Of a stretch of 64,000 nt of DNA, positions 59,381 to 64,000 are shown piece after piece (the first letter of the stretch is position 1; every line of letters begins with the position of its first letter). The DNA comes from Octopus sinensis (lineage: Eukaryota). Location: NCBI RefSeq assembly GCF_006345805.1, contig NC_042998.1, positions 39,308,001 through 39,372,000 on the forward strand, in the 5' to 3' direction. Under the pieces are notes generated by a model that was not told where the DNA came from, ran no database searches, and was given only the letters and a program-made list of their open reading frames with translations. Position numbers and translations under genes: made by a program.

Positions 59381-60461
59381 TATAAAACTTAGATAAAACT
59401 TAGATATGTTTCGACCAGAGATTGGTCCAGGCCATGTCTAACTTAATAGCACCACCTGATAGGATTATTCGAATCCTGTTTAAGTCAAGTTTTGTTCAAG
59501 TAGTGAGTTCTTGTTGGGTGAGTTGTATCCAATTATGGGTGGCTTATCTGGTATTCTTTGAAGGAATCTATCCAGACTCTGTTTAAAGTTGATGGGATCC
59601 TTTTCCTCTTTGATCTCCCTCGGGACAATGTTAAATAGGGCAGGGCCTGTTGAGGAAAAGAAATTATGTTGCAGTGTACATGTATGTTGTGATCTTGAAT
59701 TTGGCAGGGGACGTATAGCCCGTGGTCCAAGTCTTGGATGAACCTTGAAGCTAATGTTTAGGTCGTTTGGGCAAAGTTGGCGGTATATTTTCCACATCGT
59801 ACAAATGATGTACCGCTCACGGCGACGCTGGAGGGAGTAAAGTTTCAAGGCTTTAAGGCGATCCCAATAATCGAGAGCAGCCATGCCTTCAATTTGTTTA
59901 GTGAGAGCCCTCTGGGGTGACTCAATTCTGGAGATGTTTTGTCTTGTGTGAGGAGACCACAGTGGGCAGCAGTATTCAAGGTGTGGCCGTACAAAGGAGG
60001 AAAAAAGTGGTATGATGACACCTTGTTCTCTGGACCGGAAAGTTCTTAAGATCCAGGAACTCATCCTACGAGCTATATCGACCTTCTTGTTGATGTGTGC
60101 ACTCCAACTGAGATCGTCATCAACAATTACACCCAGGTCTCTGATATTGTTAGAGGCTGTGAGCGGTTCCCCTGAAGGAAGAGAGTATGGTTGTTTTAGT
60201 GAGGAATTTCTTCCAAAATGCATCAGCTCAAATTTTCCCTCATTCAGTTGCATTTTGTTTCTGTCTGCCCATTGACTCACAGCATATAGATCAGACTGGA
60301 GTTGAGTTCGGTCTGCTTCTTCATTGACGATTTGCTGGAGCTTAGTGTCATCAGCGAATATTTTCACTTTGCAGTGATGTACGACACTGGAAAGGTCATT
60401 TACGTAAATTATGAAGAGTAGCGGACCCAAAACAGTTCCCTGGGGAACACCGCTGGTGACT
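59381..60461 (-). mobile_element. CR1/Jockey-group LINE, 5'-truncated, with an open RT C-terminal frame
   Basis: VTSGVPQGTVLGPLLFIIYVND, FADDTK, DLGVIVD, RPHLEYC open to the stop at 59480; 3' stem-loop and short tandem tail (ATCTAAGTTTT)x2. Confidence 0.9.
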
Positions 60462-60539
60462 ATATACATTATAAAAGATGTACGTATCATAAACTCATTT
60501 ACGATATTCAGATATTCGCAAAAATCGAATTCATACTTA

Positions 60540-62444
60540 TTAATAACCAAAATACAAACATACGAGTACCTCGTATTATGAAATCTTTGGTTAGGGAATT
60601 CCACACTTACGAGAATTCGAGATGTTCAGCTGATGTGGAACATGTTACGGACTTTAATCTTTCCACTTCTTTGCATATTTTCCCGTTCAAATCATCGTTA
60701 CTTTCATCGGACTCTTCTGTTTTACTTTTTGGCGCGAATTTCTTACCAGCCACATCCAATATTGGATTTAACGACTAATATGTAAAGTATAGTGATCAAA
60801 ATGTCTGGAAATATAACAGTTAATTAGAAGAGAAGGCAGTAATTACGTTGAATGTTAAACTTGATGCTTTGCAAAAGTTTGATGTATTAGAGAAACTCGG
60901 CCACTTTGCAAAAGCATTAAAGCTTGCCCTATATACGAAACAAGATAAAATTAGGTCGCAGCCTCGAGCAACTCCTCTGTTGAATGTCAAGCATTATTTT
61001 ATTTTTTCTTAGATCTGAAGTGATGCTTAAAATGAAACATGTGCCAATAAACACAATGGTTATTCAAGATTTTTCAGGAAGCGGCAGTGACCTTCTGTTG
61101 CATAATCCATTCTTTGTTAGTAAAAGCTGATTCGAAAGGGTTTAAGGGACACCTTAATTTTTACAATATAAAATCAGTCGTTAGCATTGCCAGTACAAAG
61201 ACAGAGATGGCAACTAATTATATTAAGGAATATTATTATTGCTGAAGGTGGCTATAGTAGAACAAGCGTGCAATGTTGATGAAAGTGACTTGAGAGCGCA
61301 TCCCTCCTGGGACATTTATTTCCAGTAAAGAAAAACCAACTTTTAGAGCTTCCAAAAATCATCTGATACTTATTCTGGGAGGATGTGACATGAAAACCCT
61401 TACTTAATGTCCCTCTTCAAACTAAAAGGGCCTTTAAGAGTTATACCATGTTTAATCAACTATGAAGTCTTTTTCCCAAGATTGGTTGACAAACATTTGT
61501 TCACAGCTGTAAAAGGGCGCAGTGTCGAGCGTAATAATATTTCCAACAAAGCATTGCTCATTTTATCCCATGAACTTAAATGATCCTCCTCGTGATACAA
61601 GATTGAAATATTTCTCTAAAAGACTAACTTCATGATATACGTCATATATGAGGGAAAAAAACTTTGAAATAACTCATAGAAGCAATTGGCGGGATAATAA
61701 AGGTTAGAAACTTCTGAATAAAGTTCGAGATCATGAAGCGTAAGGCCATGCTGTATCAGTAACTTTGTAGGGTTTCCGGATGTCAGTAAGATATCGTGAC
61801 ACTGAAAGTTATAGTTGATGTAATTGAAATATTGGTGTTCCATGTAGGAAGATTATTATTTTTTATTTTATTTTGACGCTGGCGATGTTGGACTGAGAGC
61901 GAATTCTCCGCTTACTCCACTTCATCTAACTAAAAAGAATACAGCGAAAATGGTTGGCAATTACAGAGGAAGATATGCAAGTCTATGTTGATGACAATGG
62001 ACGTAGCGTAGAAATGACAAAAGCTCATAATGAGCTCCGTTCCTATGTTGACACGCCATGCTGTAAACGTCAACCAACGTTGAATAAATTCTTCAGTCTT
62101 GCAGCAGAGGTTAATCATGATAACTTATAGTAACACTCTTCTTTCTCATAGCTTCAATTTCACTACCAATTCTCACATCGCAGTCATCATTTGTGGTGAA
62201 TGCGTACAGTCTTATGACATTGTAGTATTATTGTTTATTTTCTCATTTATTTCTCTTCAAAAGTTTTTGTGCATACATACTTTAATAACTATACAAAATT
62301 TGGAAAAAATGGTTGTATTTTTGTTTTAATATGCTGTCATCTATCTCAGTTTATAACATAGAAATCAATAGGACATACGTGACGGAATTCCGATTACAGC
62401 AAATACTTTCATAACGAGGAATTCCGTAACGCAGGGGTAACTGT
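60540..62444 (+). mobile_element. Possible degenerate pogo/Tigger element
   Basis: EGGY, CNVDES, PPGTFISSKEKPTFRASKNHLILILGG remnants at ~61130-61400; weak inverted termini. Confidence 0.45.
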
Positions 62445-62649
62445 ATAATTATCAGTACTCTGGTCATAATTATTTGTTAGCCTTTCATCTTAATGATAGC
62501 ATCACCAAGCTTTTAGGAAACGGCATCTAATTAATAGCATTCTCTTTGAACCATCGATTTTGATAATGAAAAAATACCGCATTTACAGAGAACACTGCCC
62601 TGTATGGTGTGTGGTGGATAGAGAATCTGTAACCTTTCATTGACGAAAG

Positions 62650-62880
62650 TAGTCCTCTTCTTTTCTGGCTTTAGCTACAATCATTTTTTATAAAACGTTC
62701 AATCATTCTCGAAGGCTTTATTGCTTTTGAAAACGGTTTTTTTTGTTTTGTTTTTTCTTCAAATATTAAACACAGTGGCAATTGCTCGTTATTTATAGAT
62801 GCAATAAAGCCGTATTTCAAATATTCACTCGAGTACTGACGGCACTTTTTTTTACTCATTCTAATTTTTTTTAACGGGTA
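62650..62880 (-). mobile_element. hAT Buster/Charlie-type transposase N-terminal fragment
   Basis: MSKKKCRQYSSEYLKYGFI...QLPLCL...KPSRM. Confidence 0.7.
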
Positions 62881-64000
62881 ACGTACACAATTGTATATAA
62901 TTATATTACTAAACAAAATATAATGGAGATCTCAATTTACAAAAAGCGCATAAAGAATACTATTCAAGATAAAAAGATAACATGAAAAATTAATTATTTT
63001 TGTTCACACATCTTTAGACACGATACATACCGTTTCACCGTTTCATTATGCACAATGTGATTACTACTACAGGTAAACTTTAATCTGCTAATTATGTTAC
63101 CTCATAGCCCCCTCACCCCCACCTCCTCACCGTACCCCTTGTGGACGATATCATCCACGCTGAGAACTTTTGATACAGATGTTGGTGTAACATATCAATG
63201 AAAAGCATTCATTGGCTACATCGCTAGGAGGAGGCTCGAGTTGGCTTTTCACATTTGCGGTTATTACAGAGAAATTAATGTAATACACGTTTATTTGTCT
63301 CAGACATTGGACTCGGACACCACGTTGGGAAGGGGTTACCATATTGACCCCAGGACTTTTTAAAAAGTGATACATATTTTACCGTACCTTTCGTTGAACT
63401 GCTAAGTTTCGGGACATGAACACAGAGTACCATTTTTCAATCGGTATCAATGTAAAACAGGCATCAAGATAGATATATAAATATGCACACACGCACAAGG
63501 AATCGAACGAGATAAAATTATCGTCAGGGAAGGAATATGGATACCTTTGACCTGTTATTTTTCATCGCCAGTGATAAATGTTACAACGGTGTCTTAAAGC
63601 TGGAGTAAAGAAAGCTTCAACAGACTTTGGAATATATGGAAATCAGAGCTGTGTGCTGCATTCAACCAAATCACTTCATCCTTTAATTCTTTCGCAGTTC
63701 CAATTCCAGTACCAACATTTGGTATTCTGAATTACACAGTAGAAGGAATCAGTGTATTGGTTCTTAGAATTTGGAAGATAGTAAATTCCACATCAACAGC
63801 GACACTAATAGGATCTATGTTAAACAGGGAGCGGAGTCATAAGTTTGGCTTGGGCGGTCTTTGAGTGCTGCATCGTGTCACTTAGACAACACCCACTGAA
63901 CAATAAAGAGAGAAACGAGCACGTCACGTGTATACTTAGCGGCGAAAGTAATATCATGAGATTAGGCGAAGAACTCTTGAATAGTATTCTGGGTGTACAG

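Noticed and set aside
59400-59445. Hammerhead-like GACCA-loop-TGGTC-GAAA on the minus strand
   Set aside because: No CTGANGA core upstream; better explained as the 3' UTR stem-loop of the CR1-like LINE.

Overview
AT-rich, microsatellite- and transposon-dense animal genomic DNA. The SINE/LINE content suggests a cephalopod, probably Octopus (inference, not verified). One host gene could be reconstructed by hand: a complete 8-coding-exon secreted GH18 chitinase on the minus strand (34910 to 394, 393 aa). All seven introns are GT-AG and phase-compatible, the DxxDxDxE catalytic motif is intact, and no chitin-binding domain is present in the window. The rest is mostly decayed mobile elements: hAT, mariner, pogo/Tigger, Ty3/Gypsy with a 3' LTR, a solo LTR, CR1-like, RTE-like, R4/Dong-like RLE LINEs, Penelope fragments, Helitrons and tRNA-derived SINEs. 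The most striking feature is at 54533-57123: seven tandem and inverted copies of a ~350-bp non-coding unit embedded in (TA)n, each carrying a type I hammerhead ribozyme with a palindromic stem III (5 intact, 2 with indels). This is the architecture of a non-LTR retrozyme, a predicted self-cleaving, circRNA-forming element mobilised by Penelope-like elements. Other hammerhead-like motifs occur in a tRNA-headed cassette and as core variants elsewhere in the window. No databases or folding programs were run; family assignments come from motif recognition, and most transposon boundaries are approximate.
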